Shown in pieces: positions 7,959 through 15,319 of a DNA stretch of 24,748 nt. This DNA comes from a virus. Its lineage: Duplodnaviria > Caudoviricetes. The stretch lies in IMG/VR virus record IMGVR_UViG_3300020397_000103, positions 1 to 24,748 of that record. One strand, written 5' to 3'. The position numbers and the translations under genes are program-made. The stretch's first letter is position 1, and every line of letters begins with the position of its first letter. The notes under the pieces are model-generated. The model ran no database searches and was not told where the DNA came from. It saw only the letters and a list, made by a program, of their open reading frames with translations.

Positions 7959-9556
7959 GCCACCATCCTATCTTCTTCATCTGCAAAGTTCTCTCTCATA
8001 AGAGTTGTCTTTGGATCATAGTATACACTACCTGCTTTACCCAACTTTGCAAATGGTCTGTTCTTATCCACAATAAAATTAGTAGTATTTTGTACTGTTT
8101 CATCCTCGTTTTCAATATCTCTTTCAATCTTGATACAGATAATAGCTTCTTCTTCAAGTGAAGATGCATACTTAGTTCTACCATCATCATTAACTTGTGA
8201 TATAAATACCACACCAACATTTAATTCTTTAGATAACTGTGCCATCCTAGCTCCAAGAGATGTAAGTACAGAGGTAGCACCATCTACACCTGATTGACTA
8301 AGATAAGCTAGTCTTTGAACATGATCTACAAAGATATATTCTGCACCATATACAGAGCAAGCTAGTCTAGTGTACTCTAATAGTTTTAAAGGATCGTCAT
8401 GTGATCGCATCTCAAAGACAATCGTTCTTTCACCTTGTGTTGCTCTCAATGCAGAATTAATTACTTCATCTTCTGACACATTGTTTTCTTTAGCATCATC
8501 TTTTGTTCTGACATTAACACCTAGTTCATAGGTAGCCATAGCTCTGTAAGTGGTAGACTTCATCTCTTCCATGTGTAACATAGCTATCCTTATGTCAGGA
8601 TTTTTTAGTAGACCTGTCTCAATATATCTGATAAGCTCTGTCTTACCTGTACCTCTTGGTGCTTTGATAAATGTAAGTCCACCTTTAACTATACCTCTGA
8701 TCTTATCATCAAGACCTGTGTGACCAATTGGTGTGTAGTCGTATGGACTTTCATTAAGTATAGCTTGCTTAACTTCTTCATCAGAACAGAAAAAATTATC
8801 TGGTGAGTATCTCTGTGGTTTTACAGCAGACCACATCAATGCTTGCTCATCACCAGCCATAAGAAAATCATTAGCATCCTTGTGTTTAGACATGGGTACA
8901 TAATAAAGCTTATCTGGAAATGCCTCATATATTCTTTCGGCTGATCTTTTACCTGCGTCATCAAGTTCACCTGCATAAATCAACTCTTTGAAAGAATTAA
9001 GATAATCATAATTGTTCTTGATAAACTTTTCACCTATGGATGCTGATGGTAGAGACTTAACAAAATACTTTTGTCCAAGTATCTGATACAAACTAGCTGC
9101 ATCAAACTCACCCTCAGTTATGTATAGTTTGTTTGAACTATTAGAATTAAAATCTGGTCCAAACATTTCATTCATACCCACACCTCTGTCTTTTATCCAA
9201 GTTTTAGACTTGTCATTATAGTCTCTATACTTGACAGTATGTGGATATTTGTAAGCATACCTTATAGGATTACCTTGAGCATCAGTATGTACTGCAATCC
9301 CATACAGTTTACAAATTTCAGGATCAATACCTCTGATATTATCGTAGGTAAAACCCTTAACTTCTACATCCATAACATTAACCTTTCTCTTTAATGGATA
9401 TGCTTGGCTAACCCAATCAAAAGTTCTTAGTTTATTCTTAGATGGATAAGCCTCACCACAACTATGACAAAAACCATACCCATCATCATTCCAATTAAAA
9501 GCATCTGAAGAACCACAATCTTCAAAAGGACAAGCACTATGTGGATTATCTGCCAT
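7955..9556 (-). CDS. T7 gp4-like DNA primase-helicase
   Basis: Zn finger CPFEDC..CHSC, Toprim ITEGEFDA, KDANDFL, Walker A APRGTGKT, FVDHV, KNRPFAKLG. Confidence 0.94.
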   Translation of the reverse strand: MADNPHSACPFEDCGSSDAFNWNDDGYGFCHSCGEAYPSKNKLRTFDWVSQAYPLKRKVNVMDVEVKGFTYDNIRGIDPEICKLYGIAVHTDAQGNPIRYAYKYPHTVKYRDYNDKSKTWIKDRGVGMNEMFGPDFNSNSSNKLYITEGEFDAASLYQILGQKYFVKSLPSASIGEKFIKNNYDYLNSFKELIYAGELDDAGKRSAERIYEAFPDKLYYVPMSKHKDANDFLMAGDEQALMWSAVKPQRYSPDNFFCSDEEVKQAILNESPYDYTPIGHTGLDDKIRGIVKGGLTFIKAPRGTGKTELIRYIETGLLKNPDIRIAMLHMEEMKSTTYRAMATYELGVNVRTKDDAKENNVSEDEVINSALRATQGERTIVFEMRSHDDPLKLLEYTRLACSVYGAEYIFVDHVQRLAYLSQSGVDGATSVLTSLGARMAQLSKELNVGVVFISQVNDDGRTKYASSLEEEAIICIKIERDIENEDETVQNTTNFIVDKNRPFAKLGKAGSVYYDPKTTLMRENFADEEDRMVA

Positions 9557-9941
9557 AAACTACCCTCTCTATTACTTTGATAGCATCAATAACAGATACT
9601 TTAAACCATTCTGATGTATTACTATCTGATACTTTGACCATCTTCTTGTGAACTTTCTCTTCTGCTACTCTTCTATTATTAAAATATGCACAATACTCTA
9701 GTTGATAATCTCTATAAGGTGAAGATGTCTGAAAAGATTTACATCTATCCTCTGCATCAACTGCCATGCCTACCTTTAACCACCCTTTCCAAGCAGGGTT
9801 GGTGATAATATAAACGTACCCCTCTTTTGTTTTGTTGTAACCTTGTAAGGCATTTCTGTTTCCCTCCTTTGCTATCTTCTTCAGTTTACTTTTTATTCTT
9901 TTAGTAACGTCATAATTTCCCTTTAGGAAAAATTCTAACAT
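9546..9941 (-). CDS. T5orf172 (GIY-YIG superfamily) domain protein
   Basis: GYVYIITNPAW..WLKVGMA...R...FQTSSP, AE..VH, EWF. Confidence 0.85.
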   Translation of the reverse strand: MLEFFLKGNYDVTKRIKSKLKKIAKEGNRNALQGYNKTKEGYVYIITNPAWKGWLKVGMAVDAEDRCKSFQTSSPYRDYQLEYCAYFNNRRVAEEKVHKKMVKVSDSNTSEWFKVSVIDAIKVIERVVYGR

Positions 9942-11038
9942 CTTTCTCTCCTCATGTCTAGTGCAGATTTTGCAGTATCGTAATTATGTTTATTGTAAGG
10001 GTTCAAACTTTGTACATTTTGATGTCCTGTCACAGACATAATAGCCAATTGATCTACACCACTCTCAATCATCTCATTAATTGCAGTCTTTCTTAGGAAT
10101 CCTATCTGTAATTCCATAGGAAGACCACACATAGACTTAACCTCGTTCACAAGGGTTGAGACTTGCGTTGGAGACATGGGTCTGTAGCACCCATCAGAGG
10201 GATTCTGATGAGGTATTACATATTTTTGAAAAGACCAATCTTTATGTTGATCAGTCAACAATTTCATCAATCTTTCTTCAATAGGTAGCTTAACTGTCAC
10301 ACCTCTCTTGGATTGTTTGATCGTTACAATGCCTGTAACTTCCTCAATCGGTGGTTCAATGTAATCCCACTCTAAATGCATGATATCTGTAGGTCTTTGA
10401 CCCCATTCATAACACATTAATGCAAGTAAACCTACATTTCTGTACTTAAATTCAGAGAATGATGTCTCTACAAACAATTCTACTTGATCTTTTGTCCAAA
10501 CGATAGACTTAGGCTCATGTTTTCTTTTCTTTATACGTAACATTGGGTTAATACTAATCAATCCTATAGAAATACAGTAGTTCATTAGCACAGAGAACAC
10601 TCTAGCCTTTTGATTTGCATTATCCACACTTACACCTCTTGCCCAAAGCTCATAAATTGTAGAACAATGGGCAGGAGTGAGGTATTTAAGTGTAATGTCA
10701 CCCAACTCTCGACTAAATAGTTTAGTCTTGCACATTGAGTTTAGTATATATTCGTAAGTTCTTCTTGTGTTAGAAGATAACGACTTAAACTGATCAGTAT
10801 TCATATAATGTAAAACGACTTGGTTAAAGTTAGAATTAACACTAATATTTCCAACAAGTAAATTACCTTTACGAAATTCTTCTACTGTTTTTAACAACTT
10901 TGGTATCTCATATCTAGCTTGTCTACCATCTTTAAAAGTATGGTTCTTCATAACACCTGCAAGTTTTGCATCTTTAGGTGGTACGAATCTGTAGATGTAA
11001 GATCCATCTTTAAGTTTTACTTTATGTGTATACTTCAT
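9935..11038 (-). CDS. int: tyrosine recombinase / integrase
   Basis: 367 aa; N-terminal arm-binding-like beta region, SAM-like core (LSSNTRRTY, INPM), catalytic R (WGQRPTD), K (KQSKRG), xxLR (GFLRKT), TGH, Y (LNPY). Confidence 0.9.
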   Translation of the reverse strand: MKYTHKVKLKDGSYIYRFVPPKDAKLAGVMKNHTFKDGRQARYEIPKLLKTVEEFRKGNLLVGNISVNSNFNQVVLHYMNTDQFKSLSSNTRRTYEYILNSMCKTKLFSRELGDITLKYLTPAHCSTIYELWARGVSVDNANQKARVFSVLMNYCISIGLISINPMLRIKKRKHEPKSIVWTKDQVELFVETSFSEFKYRNVGLLALMCYEWGQRPTDIMHLEWDYIEPPIEEVTGIVTIKQSKRGVTVKLPIEERLMKLLTDQHKDWSFQKYVIPHQNPSDGCYRPMSPTQVSTLVNEVKSMCGLPMELQIGFLRKTAINEMIESGVDQLAIMSVTGHQNVQSLNPYNKHNYDTAKSALDMRRERC

Positions 11039-11050
11039 TTATCTTCTTTC

Positions 11051-11130
11051 TTCTAGTAATAACTAGAGTAGTAGTAGGTTAAAGTTTTACTTTAATTAAT
11101 ACTTAAAGTATTATATAGTTATATACATAC
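11051..11130. repeat. array of abutting short palindromes upstream of the integrase
   Basis: TCTAGT-aata-ACTAGA (11052-11067), TTAAAGT-ttt-ACTTTAA (11079-11095), TAATACTT-a-AAGTATTA (11097-11113). Confidence 0.8.
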
Positions 11131-11158
11131 TCTTGACAATAGCAAGAAATATTTTTTA

Positions 11159-11347
11159 TTACAATGTGGTTTTTAAGGTACACTCCACCTCATCAAAATC
11201 ACCATCAGCAGTTTGCATAACTTCATGTACAAATACTGTGTCACCAACTTCACCTATCTTCCTAGCTTTACCTACTGCTTGGCTCAAAAGTTCGTCAATA
11301 AATTTGGCAATCATAACATCACCTCTAAATATTTTTACTCTAAACAT
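11159..11347 (-). CDS. hypothetical protein
   Basis: 62-aa ORF with AGGAG RBS. Confidence 0.7.
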   Translation of the reverse strand: MFRVKIFRGDVMIAKFIDELLSQAVGKARKIGEVGDTVFVHEVMQTADGDFDEVECTLKTTL

Positions 11348-11356
11348 TTTTATCTC

Positions 11357-11500
11357 CTAAAATGGTGGCTCTTCATCTGAATTAGATGGCAGCCATACGT
11401 TATAAGTTTCAGTTTTTACTTTTTCTACTACCTCTAAAACATCAATGATTCCAATGTCTTGTAAGAAATAGTTCAAGTCACTTGGTAGTTCTTCATTCAC
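11357..11500 (-). CDS. small acidic protein ending DEEPPF (47 aa, not in ORF track)
   Basis: GTG start after GGGAG; MNEELPSDLNYFLQDIGIIDVLEVVEKVKTETYNVWLPSNSDEEPPF*; fills the gap exactly. Confidence 0.7.
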   Translation of the reverse strand: MNEELPSDLNYFLQDIGIIDVLEVVEKVKTETYNVWLPSNSDEEPPF

Positions 11501-11711
11501 AAAAATTTCTCCCTATCTTACAATTTGCAGTTTCTTTACAAACTTTATCATGTGTTGCATTTTCCCAACAATCACCATTTGGTAAATGCATCTTCCAAAA
11601 CATATCCCATGTTCCTAAAGATGTAAACAAGATAATCATAGGTAAAACTAATACAAAAAATAGTAGTGTTAAATATGCTACACCAAATCCCTCGTTGTTA
11701 TATGGTTTCAT
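11493..11711 (-). CDS. small membrane protein with a Cys-rich C-terminus
   Basis: One hydrophobic helix followed by four Cys; ATGA-coupled to DoxX. Confidence 0.7.
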   Translation of the reverse strand: MKPYNNEGFGVAYLTLLFFVLVLPMIILFTSLGTWDMFWKMHLPNGDCWENATHDKVCKETANCKIGRNFCE

Positions 11712-12115
11712 TCTTTGTTACCTCTCAATGCAAAATATAATCCACCAACCCACAATAATACATGAAGATTGTCATAGAACAATACATCAAGTAAACTTTC
11801 TGGATCACCTACCCATATCACACCTGTCATAATACAACAGATGGTGATGCCACTAAATCTAGTGATCATATCACCTACCCAATTAGGCACTTCATACATC
11901 CATTGTACGTTCATCACACCACCTATCAACAAACCTATACCAGCAAAAAATTCTCCATAGGTTACAACCCACCATGTTAGGTACGACAAACCATAAGATT
12001 CTGCTTCAGCTATGTCAATAGGCATCTTCCACCAACCTTGTTGTATAAATACAATAGCTAGTGGTATTCTCCATAACCAATGTGACTGACAAAATTCTGG
12101 TATTTTATTTAGCAT
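11708..12115 (-). CDS. DoxX family membrane protein
   Basis: WLWRIPLAIVFIQQGWWK, V..GEFFAGIGLLIG, TRFSG, several TM helices. Confidence 0.8.
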   Translation of the reverse strand: MLNKIPEFCQSHWLWRIPLAIVFIQQGWWKMPIDIAEAESYGLSYLTWWVVTYGEFFAGIGLLIGGVMNVQWMYEVPNWVGDMITRFSGITICCIMTGVIWVGDPESLLDVLFYDNLHVLLWVGGLYFALRGNKE

Positions 12116-12302
12116 TATCTAGCTCCTTATTAAGTTTCTCTCTACGTTTATAATCAGTACCCATCTTCTCATAGTACCTAGACATAGACACAAGCATGTC
12201 CACATATTGAGATAAATCTTCATCTTTAACTACACCATTATGACTTTCCATTCTACTCCAAAGATCATAAAGGTTATTTTTTAAATGTAAAAACTCATTC
12301 AA
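12105..12302 (-). CDS. hypothetical protein
   Basis: 65-aa ORF; GGAGG RBS; tightly packed in the operon. Confidence 0.65.
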   Translation of the reverse strand: MNEFLHLKNNLYDLWSRMESHNGVVKDEDLSQYVDMLVSMSRYYEKMGTDYKRREKLNKELDNAK

Positions 12303-12303
12303 C

Positions 12304-13503
12304 TTATACCTCCATGTTTTTCATTATGTGTGATATGACTGCAACAGTCCAACCATTGCCAACCATCTTGTATCTTTGTGTTTTACTGATAGGTTTTCTT
12401 TGGCAATGCTCATGCAATACACTATCATAATCCTTATCATTAGTAAACACACCATACTTTGTATAGTCTTTTGGTATGGTTTGCAATGCTTCACATTCAG
12501 TTGTAGTCAATTTTCTGTACAACCAATGTTGATTATCGACTACCACATTATCCTTTTGTACTGTAGTAAGACAGTTTGTTTTTTCATCAAGTCTTATCTC
12601 AAGTTGTTGAGTAGTCAAACCACTGACTTTCATTTTGTGATCTTGTCTTACACCATCAATCTTGTACCTACCTCTGATAGCACCACAAGATATTGCTACC
12701 TTAGGTTCTCTATGACCACCTTGCATAGTGGTTAGAGTAGGTGACTTACCATCTTCATGGTATACACGTTTGATAATATCGTAACCACTAATATTAGTAG
12801 CATCACCAACATGAATTGGTTTTTTTACAAACGTAGGTATCTGACCTTTCCACATAGATGCAGTAAGACATGATGCTTTTGGATCATCAACAGATTTAAC
12901 CATGTCACCACGTTTTCTACCACACCAAGTATTATTTAGGTAGTTAGGTATATCCTCAAATGGCACATCCTCAAGTATGTTTTTAAGTACAACACCATGA
13001 TCTTCCCAAGTATCAATCTTTATGTTAGTCCAATACAATCTCTTTCTGTTTTGTGCAGAAAAATCACTAGAGTTTATCATAATAGGATCAACACCAATGC
13101 CATCACTAATTCTATTTTGATGTTCTTTTTTCATTACAACATTCTCAAACAAGAAATACTTAGGCTTCAAATCTTTTAGTGCATCAAAGATAAGATTAGA
13201 TAAATCCCTACTATCAGCATCAGCTTTACCCTTGCCACTAAATGAATAAGGTTGACAAGGGAAGCCACCCATCAATAGAAAGATGTCATTACCTATCAAT
13301 TTTTTGTACTTTCTTGCATCACCATGTCGGTACATCAATGGATAATTGTATTGACTTACTGCATCAGCATACTTGTCTATTTCAAAAGCATGATATTCAA
13401 TATCATCCCATGTCAAACCTTGTTGATCTAGCCAAGGTTCTAGTGCTAAAGCACCACAACTCATGCCATCACACAAAGATACTATTTTAAGTTTGTCTTT
13501 CAT
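12304..13503 (-). CDS. DNA (cytosine-5)-methyltransferase
   Basis: Motif I SLCDGMSCG, EID, IV GFPCQ, VI ENV, VIII AQNRKRLYW, IX ECEALQ, X GNGW. Start probably ATG 13503 (ATGA overlap); the ORF track starts at 13515. Confidence 0.93.
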   Translation of the reverse strand: MKDKLKIVSLCDGMSCGALALEPWLDQQGLTWDDIEYHAFEIDKYADAVSQYNYPLMYRHGDARKYKKLIGNDIFLLMGGFPCQPYSFSGKGKADADSRDLSNLIFDALKDLKPKYFLFENVVMKKEHQNRISDGIGVDPIMINSSDFSAQNRKRLYWTNIKIDTWEDHGVVLKNILEDVPFEDIPNYLNNTWCGRKRGDMVKSVDDPKASCLTASMWKGQIPTFVKKPIHVGDATNISGYDIIKRVYHEDGKSPTLTTMQGGHREPKVAISCGAIRGRYKIDGVRQDHKMKVSGLTTQQLEIRLDEKTNCLTTVQKDNVVVDNQHWLYRKLTTTECEALQTIPKDYTKYGVFTNDKDYDSVLHEHCQRKPISKTQRYKMVGNGWTVAVISHIMKNMEV

Positions 13504-13667
13504 TTTTTCATCCACCTCCTAACTTTATCAACTATATATTCTTTTTCACTATCAGTCAAAACTTTTGGTAGTGTGACATTTAAAGTGCCATCAATACCAT
13601 CATGTTTTCTTTTAACACATTCGATTAATATATTCAATACTATTTCATCTAAACTTATTTTTACCAT
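13500..13667 (-). CDS. hypothetical protein (55 aa, not in ORF track)
   Basis: MVKISLDEIVLNILIECVKRKHDGIDGTLNVTLPKVLTDSEKEYIVDKVRRWMKK*; overlaps both neighbours. Confidence 0.6.
   Translation of the reverse strand: MVKISLDEIVLNILIECVKRKHDGIDGTLNVTLPKVLTDSEKEYIVDKVRRWMKK
13531..13559 (-). promoter_or_regulatory. sigma70-like promoter upstream of the methyltransferase
   Basis: TTGACT-17 nt-TATAGT, followed by AGGAGG; lies inside a small ORF. Confidence 0.5.
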
Positions 13668-13741
13668 GTCAATACACTCATAGTTATTATTATTACAAAC
13701 CCTATAAAAAATATTTGAGTTAATACATCATCTGCCCACAT
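13661..13741 (-). CDS. 26-aa single-pass membrane peptide
   Basis: MWADDVLTQIFFIGFVIIITMSVLTW*; GAGGT RBS; abuts the GP88-like stop. Confidence 0.55.
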   Translation of the reverse strand: MWADDVLTQIFFIGFVIIITMSVLTW

Positions 13742-13742
13742 A

Positions 13743-14360
13743 TTAATACCTCTTAACTTTCTCTACTATCGTAGTTATATCATTAAACTTGTAACAAAGC
13801 AAGCAATCTTTACACTTTTGACCACTACAATTTTGTTGCTCCACAAATTCATTTTCTAGAACATTATTGAAAGTCTTATCAAAATGTCTAGGTGGTTTAC
13901 TCATTATCTTACCCTTTTTTGGATTAGAGTATATCAGAATTAAGTTTTTTGGTTTCTCATTATCTTTGAGATATTTTTGTATCAAGTCATTACGTTTAGT
14001 CCACAATACAAATGTTGTTAGTGGATTTTTCTTGCATATGTTTACAAGATTTATTAGGTGGATCATGTTGATCAATTCACCATGAGCCGAAAACCGAAAA
14101 TACAATTCCATAATAGTTGGTAGTTGTTGTTGATGTAATACAGAACCACTCAATAACTTACTGTTTCTTTCAAGACAAGCTTGCATGTTTTTACGATAAG
14201 AATTGAGCATGATATGACTATAACAGTTTTTACATATTGTATCTACATCAGAGTGAAATTGTTTATTACAGTAATCATTAGTTAGAGTGTTAGTTGAAAT
14301 AGCTTTTAAACCTTGCAACTTGCCACTCATAGTGCTTATGTGTACTTGTTCTATTTGCAT
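13743..14360 (-). CDS. GP88-like (radical-SAM-related, Cys-rich) phage protein
   Basis: MSGKL, C..(x10)..CKNCY, FRFSAHGEL, LWTKR, NLILIYS, CSGQKCKDCLLCY; GAGGT RBS. Confidence 0.7.
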   Translation of the reverse strand: MQIEQVHISTMSGKLQGLKAISTNTLTNDYCNKQFHSDVDTICKNCYSHIMLNSYRKNMQACLERNSKLLSGSVLHQQQLPTIMELYFRFSAHGELINMIHLINLVNICKKNPLTTFVLWTKRNDLIQKYLKDNEKPKNLILIYSNPKKGKIMSKPPRHFDKTFNNVLENEFVEQQNCSGQKCKDCLLCYKFNDITTIVEKVKRY

Positions 14361-14393
14361 ATTGATACCTCATAGTTTGAATATAATGTACGC

Positions 14394-14422
14394 ACATTAA
14401 TTTAAATTAAAATTGTTGTCAA
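14394..14422 (-). promoter_or_regulatory. sigma70-type early promoter with an overlapping palindrome
   Basis: TTGACA-17 nt-TAATGT; the -10 is half of TAATGT-acgc-ACATTA (14384-14399). Confidence 0.65.
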
Positions 14423-14426
14423 TAAA

Positions 14427-14675
14427 TTATTTTGTGATAGTCCAAATAGGCTTACCTCTTTCATCAAATCGAGGTAACCATTGCCCACCTACATATACTT
14501 TGTTACCAATTACCCTAGTCTCACCTTTAGGTACTTGGTGGTTGTTGTGCGAATATCTAACAGCACCACTGATACATCTAGGGTTACCATCCATATTTTC
14601 ACATACGTTACGCATTATTAATATTGAGTGATTGTAGAAATTTTCAATTACAATATGTTGTGTTGATTTTTTCAT
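14427..14675 (-). CDS. hypothetical early protein
   Basis: Start MKKSTQ at 14675 with GAGGT RBS (ORF track starts at 14717). Confidence 0.65.
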   Translation of the reverse strand: MKKSTQHIVIENFYNHSILIMRNVCENMDGNPRCISGAVRYSHNNHQVPKGETRVIGNKVYVGGQWLPRFDERGKPIWTITK

Positions 14676-14723
14676 GTTAATACCTCTATTTCTTTCTAGT
14701 GCGTACATTGTATCCAAACATTA

Positions 14724-14766
14724 TAGGTGGTGGTTGTCACCTATGTCACCATAGCTCCACCACCTA
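14724..14766 (-). other. stable 5'-leader hairpin / small structured RNA
   Basis: TAGGTGGTGG (14724-14733) / CCACCACCTA (14757-14766) 10-bp perfect stem with inner CTATG/CATAG stem. Confidence 0.7.
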
Positions 14767-14772
14767 CAATTT

Positions 14773-14801
14773 ACTGTATACTTTTTTCACATATACGTCA
14801 A
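14773..14801 (-). promoter_or_regulatory. sigma70-type early promoter
   Basis: TTGACG-17 nt-TACAGT; predicted start site ~14766. Confidence 0.6.
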
Positions 14802-15010
14802 ATAGATATTACTATCTATACTGAACCCATTCGGCTGACTAGGCAAATTAACCGAAGCCCTAGTCGAATACCTACCACCCTTTTAAGACACCCAATACAT
14901 ACATAAGGTATGCGTCAGAGTTAGCCCATGCGTTTCCACAATATCGGCAAGTAGGGGATTAACCTAGTCTAGTATCATCTAGACAATGGCACATTTTATT
15001 AATGCGACTT
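14802..15010 (-). ncRNA. candidate structured non-coding RNA, family unknown
   Basis: Non-coding and locally GC-richer; many nested helices, two GNRA-capped hairpins, G-U pairs that favour the minus strand; promoter directly upstream. Confidence 0.55.
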
Positions 15011-15016
15011 TATATT

Positions 15017-15046
15017 ATCTTAATATTTTTTTCTGTTTTTTGTCAA
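15017..15046 (-). promoter_or_regulatory. sigma70-type promoter driving the candidate ncRNA
   Basis: TTGACA-18 nt-TAAGAT with A-tract UP-like sequence upstream. Confidence 0.55.
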
Positions 15047-15189
15047 CCCTCTTTTTTAATATTTGTTTTTGTTTAATTTCTCTTATTAGTTTTGTTTAGT
15101 CTTTTATCAAGTGAATCAGATTATTTAAGTTGTGCTTTTAATTCAGATTTAATCAGTCTTAAAAAGTGTTTTTCGTCTTGATGCTTATT

Positions 15190-15218
15190 AATCTAATCTA
15201 GTTAAAAAATAAAATCAA
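15190..15218 (-). promoter_or_regulatory. possible outermost early promoter
   Basis: TTGATT-17 nt-TAGATT with long A/T tracts upstream. Confidence 0.4.
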
Positions 15219-15250
15219 GTAAAAAATTAAAAAAAGTTAAAAAAAATTAT

Positions 15251-15319
15251 ATTGCTTAAAATTTAGACAGATATAAACAATTATCAAAGATTTTTTAAAG
15301 ATTGCTTAAAAATTAAACA
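15251..15319. repeat. two imperfect 19-bp direct repeats, 50 bp apart
   Basis: ATTGCTTAAAATTTAGACA (15251-15269) and ATTGCTTAAAAATTAAACA (15301-15319). Confidence 0.7.

Noticed and set aside
25-14631. ORF 25..222(-) and plus-strand ORFs 2098, 5289, 5611, 11133, 11482, 12376, 12997, 13242, 13867, 14413, plus the nested ORF 7996..8220(-)
   Set aside because: They are antisense or alternative-frame shadows of well-supported genes, with no motifs.
14822-14865. HDV-like ribozyme (7-bp G-initiated stem followed by CGAAUGGG)
   Set aside because: Only 15 nt separate the P1 strands, there is no P3/L3 (UCC-type) element and no P1.1 or P4, so the resemblance is superficial.
14720-15010. tRNA, tmRNA, hammerhead or cobalamin riboswitch
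   Set aside because: No T-loop GTTCRA or cloverleaf, no CUGANGA core and no recognisable B12 box by eye.
15138-15152. CtrA box TTAA-N7-TTAA
   Set aside because: A single match in extremely AT-rich sequence is expected by chance.
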